DNA of 61,215 nt, filler included, from Perkinsus olseni (GCA_013115125.1; 10 parts of 10 records of this genome joined end to end with filler, not necessarily neighbours in it), one strand, 5' to 3'; positions 39,255 through 52,226 are shown, counted from the first letter of the whole stretch. The notes: generated by a model from the letters alone, not told the origin. Numbers and translations: made by a program.

Positions 39255-41339
39255 ATGGTCAACGCTCCATCGCCAGCAACCACCACGCGTCCGGTTGATA
39301 TTGCCCTCTTCGGTGCCACGGGTTTTACCGGCTCCTTGGTAAGTTACCACCACTAGCGTCTTTGTAGTTGGTGCCTTGCTGCCAGATTGTTGCGTATCTT
39401 GCCTACAACTACCCGACCATCAACGTTACTCTCGTGGGTCGAGATAAGATACGCCTCAATACCCTGGCCAGTAGACACCATAACGCTAACTTTGATGTGG
39501 TAAGTGCTCATTGCTGCTTCCCTTCTCTTCGCTCCGTTATCATATATCTTTCGGGGAAGAAGAAGTAGTCTAGCGGCTAGACTCTAGCCATTACTACAAC
39601 AGTATTGTTTATACGAGCGCGGCTTGTCTCGAGGCGCGTTCGTATCGCGATTGGCAACGAGCCCTGTGTGGTCTTGTCGTACGCATACCACAGGGATGAC
39701 TGAAGCTCTTCATCTACTGACGTTTTTCAATAACTTCATCGTCGTTTGCGCAGCATTCCGTTGTGTTTCTAAAGTGTACCGCATCCGCTCTCTTTCTAGT
39801 GCACTATCCCCAGTCTGAAGGACGAGACCGCTCTGCACGGCATTGTGGCGCGCGCAAAAGTTGTCATCTCAGCGGCTGGACCGTTTATAAAAATAGGTGA
39901 GCGAACTCTAGCGTTCTTTTCTAATGTTTCACTCGATAATTTTCTCGGAGCAGGAGGAGCTCGACTTTCATCACCGGAGAGGAGGGCTTGTCAGGAACCT
40001 CGTTTTCAATACAGAAGTGATCGCTTCATTAAAATTCCCTCCCGTGCAGTTCGCCCTCACTCACGGCGGACACCGGCAGGCGTACGTCATTCCCGATGCC
40101 AGAATGATGACTCATCACTGATGAGGATAGCTCTCGACCGAGGCTGTTGTCTGATTTGCAGTCTCATCAGTAAGCCTGATTTGGTTCAGGTACCCCGCTG
40201 GTCCGTGCGTGCATTGCCTGTGAGACCCACTACTGCGACATCACCGGCGAGACACCTTGGGTTGCTCGAGATCTCCTTCCTCTGCATGAATACGCGAAAA
40301 AGAAGAAAACCTTCATCGTCAATTTCTGTGGTTTTGACTCGCAGCCGGCGGACCTCCTGGTCGGTCTCTCGGAGAAGGTTTTGAAGTCCCCATTGGTGCG
40401 GGCGGAGGCGTTCGTGTCGATGCAGGGCGCTGCCAGTGGCGGCACGCTTCAGTCTGGTATCGCGATGGAAGGGGTTGCTGAGGCAGCGGATCCCTTCTGT
40501 CTCGGCGGAGGGCCGACGCCGGGTTCGCCAGTTGAAGTGGACGAGCATCCGGTCGGCCGCAGCGAAAGGCTGGGCTGCTGGGTAGCTCCATTCGGGATGT
40601 CTTCCATCAATACAAGGGTGGTTCGTCGTACGGCGAGCTTAAAGGGACAGCGCTTCCCTTACGGAGAGGCTCTGTGCGTTTCTGATGAAAAAACTGCAAA
40701 TAAGCACGCCTCTGTTCCCAACGCCAAGATTCGTCAATCTCTGGTTGAGAAGGGGAAGCTGCCCCGGCCCGGCCAAGGCCCAGATCCCCTGACCCGGTCC
40801 CGGTCATGGTTCAAGTATGTCGTCCACGCCGTTGGTCAGTCTGGCGAGAATCTTTGGCTGCAGCTAAGCGGCGGCGATCCTGGCTATGACGAGACGGCTT
40901 TGATGGTATCGGAGGCAGCTGTTGCACTCTTACAAGGAGAAGGTGTCGACGGCCATTGGGGTGTTGTTACCCCAGGGTACGCGTTCGATGCCGAAAGAAT
41001 GCTCAAACGGCTATAGNNNNNNNNNNNNNNNNNNNNNNNNNNNNNNNNNNNNNNNNNNNNNNNNNNNNNNNNNNNNNNNNNNNNNNNNNNNNNNNNNNNN
41101 NNNNNNNNNNNNAAGGTGTCGACGGCCATTGGGGTGTTGTTACCCCAGGGTACGCGTTCGATGCCGAAAGAATGCTCAAACGGCTAAGTCGAGCCGGACT
41201 GGCCTTCGAGCGCCTCGCAGGCCCGCCGACTGACGGTTCGATCCTGAGAAAACCAGCAGGGAACGGTGTGCAAGGAAAGTGGCGGAATGCTGTTGCTGAT
41301 ATGAGCTCGATGGTGTCAATTATGAGGTCTAAGTTTTAA
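39255..41339 (+). CDS. Saccharopine dehydrogenase-like oxidoreductase, paralog 2, multi-exon
   Basis: Rossmann motif DIALFGATGFTG plus the same downstream motifs as paralog 1. Confidence 0.9.
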
Positions 41340-43547
41340 TAGTTTTACGATACATTGGGTTGAGTTGATCAGTCTGGGCGCAGTGGCAATTTCAAGGATC
41401 GGCCGAGTTGGACTCGGGGCTGATTCCTTCAGCGCCTTCGGCGGACTTGACGTTTTGAACTTCCTGCACTTCCGCCAGACTCTGTTAAACACCATCAAGA
41501 CATTTTAGGCGACAATTTCGCGCCGAACTAAAATGTGAAATGAACGTTCTCAGGCACCGGAGCCCCTGGGTGTGGTCGAGACTCGACCACACTGCCGGTT
41601 TTCTCAGGATCGAAACCCGAACTTGACCGTCGAGTCGTCATTGGTTGGAGTAGGGGGAGGTGGTAGTCGCATCTGCAGAGTTGTTTTGTCAGATGAGCGC
41701 CTTCGAGATGTCGAGCGTGATGGAGCCTTCACCGTTGCGATCGGCGATTCCAGATGCCGCGCAGGGTACCTTCTCTTTGCTAGGGTTTTGTTATGAGATT
41801 GGCTGCTAATTGCGAACACGACACTCGAGTTTTGCCATCTGGAATCCCAGCTTTGATCTACTGTCTTGAAGAGTCTTCAACGAAGACAGCGTCTCGCATC
41901 CTTAACGATTTAGCTCAGCTTCTCCGCAGCTTCTTATCGAAGCAGGATAAGATCGCTGGTGTGAACATGACGAATTCGCCATTCTCCTCAGAGAAGATAT
42001 TCGACAAGGTAGAAGACGTGGGAACGAAGTTCGACGATTTTGGAGACTGATTTCTAGGTCGTCAAATGAACATCTCCTGCTGCATAGTTCGAATAAACCA
42101 TCGTTTTGCAACGCTAAGGGTGGTGGGCCTTTTCATGGGCAGATCCAGTGATGGCGTTCACAGGATCGTCGACGGGCGAACCCTCGGGCGCTTCCGGGAT
42201 GTGGATGAAATCGTCTTCCTCGACTAAGCCGCTCAACAGTACCTCGCGGGTAGGGGCCCGATTTTTTCTTCGTTTTTCTGGCACCTCGAGCTGCGTGTTC
42301 AAATGAAGCATAAGTGCCCTCATGCTATCGCATTTGACACCTTCTCATGCCTTTGCAAGAATTAACTATCTCGCCCGCTACGTTGCGTTAACGCTACTCC
42401 CGTTCTATCTCAGTTGCCACCTGTGATGGTGTCCGAGGACGAATGCCAAGAGATCTTTCATTCCACTGCTTCTTCACGCGAAGCGACGGACATCGGGAAT
42501 TCTTCGACGCCTTGGATTCCATCTCTAGCACGTAAGGATTACCTAAGCTAGTGGTGGAGTATCGGGTCGCATAGCGGAGCACCAAGGTTCCACTCCAGAA
42601 ACCAACTTCGTTGGCGGATTTTTCGAGTACCCTGCTAGGAGGAAGGAAAGCTTCCCTGTTTGAATGTACCCCAGAGAAGAACTCTCTGACAATCTATCTG
42701 ATTACATTGCATGTCAACGCTACAGAAAGTCTCCAACTGAGCACATCGGCAAGAGTAACTCCGCCGGATCCGACGTTGGACTATAAACTCACGCTGCGTG
42801 AGTCTCGCACACCCCATGGACTGCATTCACAGGGGGTGAAGCCGCCTGTGCACAGGAGATTGGGAGAGAGAGGCAATCGGGATAGCAGTAATGCGTAGAT
42901 ATTCACANNNNNNNNNNNNNNNNNNNNNNNNNNNNNNNNNNNNNNNNNNNNTTAATTAATTAANNNNNNNNNNNNNNNNNNNNNNNNNNNNNNNNNNNNN
43001 NNNNNNNAGCTGAGTGGGACAATGAGGGGGACAGCGGCACGCAAGTGGATATTAGAATGGATGCGACGGCCCTTCTGCTTGAGGTCAGTAGAAATTTAGG
43101 AATCGAGGCTCGCGTTGCTGTTCTGTTCTCTTCGTCAGAAAAGAACGCGACTCGAGACTGCTGCGCAGAGTGCCTTCCGAGGTCGGCGAGATTCCAGAAT
43201 TGGCGTCACTGGAAGCATCCTCGTTCCGCTAAGTGCGGGGACAACTTCATATTTTACTGTTTTCCATTCCCCTCAGTTCAGAACTCATTTCCACCTCAGA
43301 AATGATTGCCATGCTCGATGACTATCATACAAGGTCGGGCTATTCCCCAGGGCAAATAGAAACCAGATGTACAGGCGTGGTAGCGTACGGTTTGTTCGCC
43401 ATGATCAGTTCAGTGGGCGGCGGAAGAAAATTAGCAGCCCGCGCAGAGATGAAGGTGGGGGTGCTAATGAGTGTTTCACGACACCTGAAGCCTTTCGCTT
43501 CTGCTGGTGGCTGCGTGGGGTCTAAGCAACCTGAAGATTTCATTTTT

Positions 43548-46500
43548 ATGGTCGAATCCGCAGCAACCAGCAACGGCTATGCGACACTCACCCCTGATGA
43601 GGTCCACCACAAGATGTGTAAGAAGATAGCTCAGTTGACGAAGGTCATCTTTCATCTCAACTCGAAGAATGAGGAGAATGAAAGGTTGGTCCAAGCTCAC
43701 ACGAAGGCCTATCAGCGCGTACGTACCATCGCTAATAGTACCGACTAATAGTCCCCTGCAGGACATCGACACTCTCACGGTCGAGTACAACCAGCGGGTG
43801 GCGGCACTGTCCGACATAGTGAAGCAATCAAAAGCTCATGAGGAGACTCTCCTGGGTGAAGTGAATAGCACCAAAGCAATAGCCAGCAGGGAGAAGGACA
43901 GGGCCGCCGAGGTCTGCTGAACAAGTCATCTCCCTCGGCCACGACCTCCTTTCTCGATCAGCGATTGCTCTCCCTTGAAGGAGAGTATTCAAAGGCTCTT
44001 AAGGGACAGGAGGATGCCTTTGAGAATGAACTGGTCAATGTCCTCGAGAGGGTTCGAGCTATGAAGGTAGACTCGAACATTCCATTAATAGGAGTACTTC
44101 GAGTTCTCAGAGTGAACATGAGAAGGAGAGCAAAGCCCTGACTAACTCTATCGATGAGTAAACTGGGGCGAGGAGGATGAGTGATGAATGAATTCAAGGG
44201 TATCTTAGGTTGAAGCGCCGACACGAGGCGGGTGCCGAAGCCTTACGTCAATCGCACGAAAAGCAACTGTCCCGTTTGAAGTCACAGTCGGACTCAGCGG
44301 CGGAGGAGTTCGAGAAGCAGCTCCTACTTGAACGAGAGGCGTGAGACCATCGCCTCCGCCGTCACTGTCGGAACGGCCAGAGTAAAAGGCAGGCACGCAG
44401 AGAGTCTGAGGAGGCTAGAGGAAGAGCATGGAGTAGCTCTCGCCCGAGCCGAGAGGATCTCAGTGGGTGTTGATGATGGCTCGTGGGCCTTCTGAAGTCC
44501 GGTGTAGGAGGAGAAGGCCTCGGAAGCAGAGAAGAGGTTCCAGTCTGAGCTGCTGCGTGCAGAAGAGCGGGTAGGCCGTTAACTCCTTTTTCGACTTGCA
44601 AAGCCCAACTCGAACTCACTTAGGTAGAGGTCCTGCGTGGCGAGCTGGCTCACAGGGAGGACGCCTTGGCGTCTCTGAGATCCGAACGGGAGGAGTCTCT
44701 CAAGCAGCTCAGCGAACTGCAATGTGACGAACGAGCCTCTGGCTGGCAATTTAACTCCACAGGATTGCGTGTATGCGCTTAATAGATGTAAAAGTACTCT
44801 TACTATCATTAATTATCATCATTCGAGTATCATCAGTCCATTGAGCATAGGGTAAAGTCTACGTATCCGTCATTATACTGTTCAGATCCGCATTAGAATG
44901 AGGCCGTGCTTCCTTCCCCCTGCTTTCGGTCGTTCGGGCCGGGCCCTAGTGTTGTGGTCTTAGCTCAGCTCAGTCAGAAGGAGGCAAGAGTGGGAGAGCA
45001 CGAACGAGAGCTCGTCACTTTGCAGAAGATAATCGGCCAGAAGGCCGCCTCCGTGCGAGAGAAGGAAGAGAAGGTCAGACACATTGAGGAGGAGATGAGC
45101 AGGCAAGAATCTTCTAATCCGTGAATACCGCGCTCAACCTATCCGGTGTCTCCCCCTCCTGACCTAAATGCCACCGTCTTGGAGACTCATTGGTCGCTTA
45201 GGCTCCGATTGGAACTAGAGGAGCGAGACGAAGAGCTAGCGAGGAAAGTCTCCGAGGTCGAAGCCCTGACCAAAGCCCTGCGAGATGCTCAAGTGAGGGA
45301 CCGGGTTGCTGGCCTCTGTGCCGCTCTCTAGAGACAACAGCCTCATGTGGCCTCGTCCAGCCATATGGAGTACGACGAGGCACACCAGGATCCTCAGAGG
45401 AAACTACCACGACTTCGCTAAGCTCTCCGCCGTTTGAAGCAGCACACTCCTGTTTCCTAGACGACCATCAAGGGAAAAGAAAATGCACTTGCCGAGGCCT
45501 CGGCCGAGAACGCACGGTTGAAGGGTGACTTGTGCCGATCTAAGGGGAGGCTGAGATCCCTCGAGACGGAGATGGGTGGAGAGAATCAATCGTTGTAAGG
45601 GAGGGCGGAGGCGTCCCGAAGACCTCTGCTAACCATGCGTACTGTCAGGAGAAGTGCACTCGACCTCGCCAGGGCTGAAGCGAGGAGGGTTGACGCGGAG
45701 TGGCAGGAGAGGGCAAAGGATGCTGCCGCCAACTCGAAGGCTGAGATGGGGGAGCTCAAAAGGGGGCATGGGAGGGAGTTGGAGGACACTGCGCGGCGCT
45801 TCGAGGATGAGATTACGGTGGGCGTAGGGGCGAGCATGGCTGCTGCTGCTGCTGCTGCCACGGCGTCTGGGAGCCATCATTCGAACAGACTCGCTGCTCT
45901 GGTCCCTCTGGGGCTCATAGACTTACGAGAAGGAAGCCACTAGCTCTGTATCGGGACAGGCTGTTGCTTCGCAGGCGTTGAGAAAGGCCAAGCAAGAGAG
46001 CGAGATGCGCCTTGAAGAGCTCCAGCGGACTGAGTTGGATACCAAGGCGGAAGATCATGAGCAGGAGAAGAGGACGATGAAGAGGTTCGTTCCGAGCCTA
46101 TCGCTTGGGGCGGCCCTCGTCCTCGTGCATATCTTTGGTCGAAGTGTGCATGATACGAGAATGGAGTCTCTCGACGGCTTCAGGGAATTCGAGGTGAAGT
46201 TGGAAGATGCCATGAGGGGGCTCCGGGAGGAAATTGATAAGAGGAGGGCACTCACTGAGGAGTGGGAGGCTGAGAGGCAACGGTTGGAAAAAACTAACGC
46301 GACAGCGGAGCGAAGCAAGCAGGTAAAGTGCTATTAACAATGTGAATGCTAGGGGATTGATGTGAGAATTTGAGCATCAGATTCTTCTAAGTTGTAGTAG
46401 TCGCTTGCACGTTGAGCTCTACGTTGCTCGAATGACACATCTTCTTCTCTTTGAAGTCTCCTTTGCTGCTGCAGAGTTTGGAGTCCAGGGTGATGGATCT

Positions 46501-49029
46501 CGAAGAACGGCTGCTTGGCAAGGACGCTGACCTCGAGCGGCAGGCCGCAGCGAACATGATGGCTCTTGACGAACTGAGAGGCCGATTGGAGGCGGAGTTG
46601 CAGCGGCGACTGAAGGAAGCTGAGGAGAGTCTCCTGAGGACGGAGGAGGTTGAACTGCTCTCCCTGCTGTCGATGCACCATGGTGTTGCGTGTGCAGGTG
46701 AGGAGGTCTGAGATGCTACAGGAGAAGGAGAAACGAATGGAAGGGCTTAATTCCGAGGTGAGAACACGCTAAGGTCAATGACCGTGAAGAGGATCATTGC
46801 TGCTTGAACGGCGGTTTGACGAGCATGCGCAGCTCATTGCCAGCATTTGACGGAGATGAAAAATACAGGGCGCGAGAGAGGACAGAGGCCACGGCTATCC
46901 GTATGGAGCAACTTATCGTATATGAAGCCTTCTCGGGATAGTTATGTGTTACTAATGTACCCACATCATTATTGATATATTTTAGGCGTATATCACCGTC
47001 GTTTAGCTTGTAGATGACGATGCTGAGTGAGGGTCCATTCTTAGATTCTCCTCCTGAGGGAAGAGCTGAGGAGCATCCAAGACGAGTTGGCCAGGGAAAG
47101 GCGACGGGGAGAGGAAGTCGTAGAGGCCACGAGGATGGGGGCGAAGGACAGGGCTGAGCTGTTGGAAAGTGAGCCTAGCCCGCCTGCCAGGAGTGGTCCG
47201 GCTGCGTCTCAGGGCAGATGGCTGAGAGGCTGTCCTTGATGGAGAGTGAGGCGAAGTCGGCGAGGGAGAAGTGGACGCAGGAGAGGCAGCAGCTGATGGA
47301 AGAACATAAAGCCAAGGCGGAGCGTGCGGAGGCAATACACAGGCAGGTGTCGAGTTGAGGGAAGTTGGTTGCTGCGGGGCCCCGCGTGGCCGCTGATCGC
47401 AGAGTTGAGCATTCAAGCTTGAGTGTTGTGGCGCCGCCTTCACGATGTCTTTAGAGGAGAGGTTGAGAGTGCCCGGGAAGAGGAGATGAAGAAGTGGGAG
47501 GAGATTCTGGAGGCCGAGAGGGCCCGCTGCACTCGAGAACTGGTATGTTTTCACAGCTCTCACTAGCGGGTCTAGCCATCATTGACTGCCGATGGAGCTG
47601 CTGGGATGCTGATTGTGTCGATCAGGAGCAGAAACAAGCGCGACATGAGGTAAATCTACGGCGTTTGAAGGAGGAACATGAGGCAGGGACGAAGGCTCTA
47701 AGGGAGAAGATAGAAGAGGTTCGGAGAACTTTGGAGAGTCGCGTTGAGGAAATGCAAGAGTCCAAGAAAAGACGAGAGGAAGAGCTCCAGTTGAACTTGG
47801 ATGAGGTGCTGTCTTCTGCAGAGACTTCGTAGCTAGACGAAAGTGGTCAGGCTAAACGCGCCTTACTCGAGCTGAACCGAAAAGTTGATGCCCAGAGCCG
47901 AGAGATCACGGACAAGGATACTCAACTGGTCAGGGGAAGAGCCCCCCTCCTTAGTGTGATTACGTGGAAGTTTGGTAGGGGCACTTGTCATCGCGGTTAG
48001 CAGAGGAAACAACTGCACTGCGGCAGCGACTTCAACGGGAAGTTGAAGAACATCGCCATGAGATGCGGGCGGCTTCCGAGGCCCGAAAGGAGGAGGTCGA
48101 TGATTTAATAAACGAGTGATAAAAACTTACCCGACTGACGTTCCCTGTGGCAACTGCCTCGACGAAGAGCCTCGGTTACCGGGAATGATACGACAAGAGT
48201 AATCCCTCAGACATCGCCGAGTGATGGAGGCCCGAGATGAGGTAGCCCGGCAGACTGAAGAAGAGCACAACAACAGGGTGCTGCAACTGAACAGCCGAGT
48301 AGAAGAGTTGATCCGGATGTATGACAATCGGCCGAGCCGCGAGGTAACTTAAGATGGGGAGAAGCCGTTGGAGCATTATGTACTCCACATGCTGACCTTG
48401 CCTTCACTACGAACCTCCTCCGCAACTTAGTGGTCGTACTAGTAGCCGCCCGAAAAGAGTAATGCTGCTGTGGATGATCTTCGACGACTACTCCCACTGG
48501 CCTTTTCGCCGCATCATATCTGTCTGTCTAGGAGGACGTGGTGAGGATAGATCACCTCACCGGAGAGCTGAAACGGTTGAACCATTCATACGAGGAGCTG
48601 GCGGAGCGCATGAAGGTCTACAAACTCGAGCTTATCAATCGAGAGCAAAACTACAACAAGGTGGGGGTCGTTGATACAACGGAAGGCCGTGAGGGAGCGA
48701 CAGGTCTTCGGTGCCAACCCTACCATCGGTGTATACAACCCCCTCAAGGAGCCCTTGGCGACGCCCCTGGGAGGCAGAGCGGCGGAGAAGCAGCAGCAGC
48801 AGAATCGGAAGCCGGTAGACTGGCATGGGAGTTCCGATTCCCTCGGCATCTGCTGGCTGCAGTCGAGAGATGCTCTCTCAGTCCGGGGCAGGCCCGACGC
48901 GGAAGACACTTGGCAAGAAGTCGGTCACCATGGACGTGTGAGATTCCTTCTCGGCCTAGCCTCCGCTCGTTGTGTTCTTCCCGATATCACTCCTGAGGGA
49001 TTGTGTCCCCCTCATTGTCCCACTCAGCC
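43548..49029 (+). CDS. FAM184A/B-like long coiled-coil protein, many exons, 3' end near the contig edge
   Basis: N-terminal KMCKKIAQLTKVIFHLNSKNEE and C-terminal YDNRPSR...YKLELINREQNYNK/VFGANPTIGVYNPL signatures. Confidence 0.85.
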
Positions 49030-50709
49030 NNNNNNNNNNNNNNNNNNNNNNNNNNNNNNNNNNNNNNNNNNNNTTAATTAATTAANNNNNNNNNNNNNNN
49101 NNNNNNNNNNNNNNNNNNNNNNNNNNNNNAATACAATTTGGGTACTCGATAAGAACATTCATTAGTTCGCCGCTCCGATCCCGGAGAATTCTGGGTTTCG
49201 ATCACGCGGTTTATTACCATTAAGACATTTATCAAGATCCCAGGGTTAGGAGGATCTTCACCAAGCTTGGTAACCAAGCCTTGGTTTCGAGCTTAGCATC
49301 AGTGAATCCTCAGGTGACCAGGCCTCGTCTGAGCAAGGGACGACAGTCACCAAGCATCAGTGCAACCGATCACTCCACTGGAGTGATGTCAGCCTGGACC
49401 TCCTGCATGCGCGAGAGTGGCCCACGATCATATCCGCGTCATTGACTTCAACTGGCAAATTTGTCAGCATTCCCAGAGGAGGCAAACTTTATCTCTGTAT
49501 TGCAGAGATAAAGTTTGACTCCGCATCATCGAGTCTGCAGTAGCCACCGCGATACGATCCCGAGAACAGTCAAGTTTTGAGATCACACTTATGGGTACGG
49601 ATCCGGTTTCGACGCACGGCTGTGTTGCAGACTGCAACTTGCAGTCCGGCCATCGTCCACACGAGATGATGGCCCGAGGACCCTTCGCCAATCGTGCCTT
49701 CTGCCGACGGTTCGCGGCAGCACACATGCTCGAAGCCTCGGTCGTCCCATCATGCCGTGTTACATACTGCGCAACCATTCTCGGCGTCTGCAGCAAAGTC
49801 GCCCCGAATTCACCTAGTAACTTGACAAGCATGCTAGGTTGATATAGGGCCCAACGGTCTGTTCCACAGCTCGTGTCGTATCCGGGCACAAGAGGAAAAG
49901 CCCCCTCACTCTTGGTTTCACCCACGTCTAACCCTGCGGGTTTAGCTCAGAATCAATTCGAGCGAAACGCTCGAGGTAAGTCCGACTTCGACGAAATGTG
50001 GAAATCGATTTCGCTGGTAGTAGGTTCAGTTTCCCTACGGTGACGGGTTCCGATGTCTGAATGCTGCAGGCTGCCCGTTTCGCCTATCAACATGCCAGAT
50101 CCAGTTCACAACTCTGGTGATGAGACCTACCCAGGGTAGGTATGCGGATCCTGACTGAGGAATCACAGCCATTGATCGGAATCAGTGTCTGATTGTGATG
50201 CACGATTGAAATCAGTGAAGTCTGATCCAGATTACATAAATCTGGTAAAGATGCATGATTAGTGATCCTGATTACTGACCCATGAGCCAGATCAATGATT
50301 GGTGATTGTGATTGATGATCCTTGATGTAGAACAACCGGAAGGCCAGTTGAGTGGTACGATTATCACCGTGGAAGAAGACGAGTGGGAATGTTCTACTGG
50401 ACAACCTCTCCCAGCGATAGGCCTGTGCAATAGGTAGATACAGCTCTATCCTATCCGATAATGCTCCGGAGGGAGAGAGAAACCTGCACTATAGTGAGAA
50501 CTACCTCCATCGCTGCTGCGTACCGGGTACGCCGTACCCACTTTGCTCTTCGTGCGCCTCAACTCGTTATTGTAGAGTTAAACCCGTAGAGCTCGACGAG
50601 GGTGGAACCGGTACAGAGGCTTAGCCCGGGCCCGCACGTTGCGCGAATCTCAGTCGCGTCCCGACACGAAGGTCTCGGGTCTTAGCTGGGCGCGCGACGG
50701 CAACCCCAT

Positions 50710-50895
50710 TGTTGAGATTATAGATAACGCAACATGACAACTTGAGCCAAGATGGCTACGTTAGTAACCTACCTCTCCTCTAGAACCTCTGATAATAAGT
50801 GCCTCTGTAAACCTCTAATGACAATAGCTGACGGCAAGACTGCACTATCTTGCACTCTTGCTATTCCTCTACAATCAATGTATAAATACTCAACA
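50710..50895 (-). mobile_element. Solo-LTR-like element (186 bp) containing a spliced-leader copy; TSD CCCAT
   Basis: TGTTGAG...CTCAACA termini; CCCAT at 50705-50709 and 50896-50900; SL-like 22-mer at 50741-50762 on the minus strand. Confidence 0.88.
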
Positions 50896-51212
50896 CCCAT
50901 GCGCAGGCTACGCTAGTAGCTGAACTGTTCCCTAGCGTGCTTAATTTTTTTCACCTAGACACGGGGAACAGCCCGCCGCAGGTCAATCTGTACTAACTCC
51001 CTGATCGCCGTCAACCGGCCCAGATCCTAGGTTTGATTCCCGACAGCTGTCACGGATGCGCCGTCAAGGTCCGACCTTGAAGGTCGTTCTTTGGGCGACC
51101 TTCACGGTGAAGGCTTCACCAGTCGGGCTTCGGGATCCGAAGTTCGGGTTCATGGAGGTTAACCTCTTGCCTTGCAATTGACGGTTATTTTGTGTGGCCT
51201 CGGATACCTGCC

Positions 51213-51284
51213 TTCACCCGGATAACAGCTTTCACCCGGGTCACGGGCGTAACCCGGCTAACAGCTCTCACCCGGATAACGGCT
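51213..51284. repeat. 18-bp degenerate tandem repeat x4 (TTCACCCGGATAACAGCT-like)
   Basis: Four consecutive units with an 18-bp period. Confidence 0.8.
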
Positions 51285-51585
51285 ATGTGCGCACGCCTAG
51301 CTCCCGCACGTCACGTCACGTGACGAGGCGTGTGCGCGTACGCAACCCACAACAGAGGAGTGGTGACTCAAAGAATGTTTCAAATGAGACACTTCACGAG
51401 GGGCGAGACTCGGCCTGGAGAACTGTGAATGAACCCTCTCAGACCCATCGGATTGTCTCGATCCATTGGTATAAGGCCCTGTCCGAGGCTCGTACTCAAA
51501 AGTTCGGGCGTTTGGATAGGATCTACGTAGATGCCACCAACCTCTCCCGTGGAGAGTCTTAGTTGTTCAATCTTCGGTCTTCCTC

Positions 51586-51774
51586 ATGTTCTTCCGTGTC
51601 GCTGTGGTATCTCTGCTGTCCTCGGTGCACATATGTGGTGCTTCGGCTCCATGCGGTCCCAACGCTTGCATAGGTTATGTCCTCACTGGTGGATACCGTT
51701 GTGACTCGGAGACTGGCAAGTGCTATGCCGGCCCATTTGGTGTGATCCCCACCGATAGACACTGCGCCTGCTAA
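51586..51774 (+). CDS. Small secreted Cys-rich peptide (62 aa)
   Basis: Signal-peptide-like N-terminus followed by a mature region with 6 Cys ending CAC*. Confidence 0.6.
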   Translation: MFFRVAVVSLLSSVHICGASAPCGPNACIGYVLTGGYRCDSETGKCYAGPFGVIPTDRHCAC

Positions 51775-51920
51775 TCGGAGCGTCACAGAATCCCTACGGC
51801 TGCCACTTGCAACTTCAGCTGACACTCCCGGCCCACCAAGACGACTATTTGTCATAGTGATCTATCGTGTCAGTTGCCTTCTCGCTACCAGAGACTCTAC
51901 CATCTCTCCGTTCATCTTCA

Positions 51921-51965
51921 CTACCCGAAATCACTTCCAACTACCCGAAATCACTTCCAACTACC
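51921..51965. repeat. 20-bp tandem duplication CTACCCGAAATCACTTCCAA
   Basis: Two exact copies plus a partial third. Confidence 0.9.
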
Positions 51966-52043
51966 TTTCATTACTCTCAAAGTCGCCACCTTTTATTTCA
52001 TCTCTAGAATGTCCTTTTAGGCTTTCCCCGACTTATCTGTACA

Positions 52044-52226
52044 TGTTGAGTATTTATATATTGATTGTAGAGGAATAGCAAGAGTGCAAGATAGTGTAGT
52101 CTTGCAGTTAGCTATTGTCATTAGAGGTTTACAGAGGCACTTATTATCAGAGGTTCTAGAGGAGAGGTCGGGGACTAACGTAGCCATCTTGGCTCAAGTC
52201 ATGTTGCGTTATCTATAATCTCAACA
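52044..52226 (+). mobile_element. Solo-LTR-like element (183 bp), same family as 50710-50895 in opposite orientation; TSD GTACA
   Basis: TGTTGAG...CTCAACA termini; GTACA at 52039-52043 and 52227-52231; SL-like 22-mer at 52177-52198. Confidence 0.88.

Noticed and set aside
40118-40170. Hammerhead ribozyme (CTGATGA core; also near 27088 and 43593)
   Set aside because: No correctly placed GAAA and three-stem junction was found.
40940-41185. Apparent internal duplication and premature stop in dehydrogenase paralog 2
   Set aside because: The same sequence lies on both sides of an N gap, indicating an unmerged overlap artifact.
51213-51284. CRISPR-like array
   Set aside because: Contiguous degenerate 18-mers with no unique spacers, eukaryotic context and no cas genes.
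50710-52226. A single 1.5-kb transposon with ~185-bp TIRs carrying a cargo peptide
   Set aside because: Each repeat has its own distinct 5-bp TSD and there is no shared outer TSD, so these are two independent insertions.
52177-52226. Bona fide SL RNA gene
   Set aside because: No GT donor after the SL exon, not in a tandem SL array, and embedded in a TSD-flanked element.
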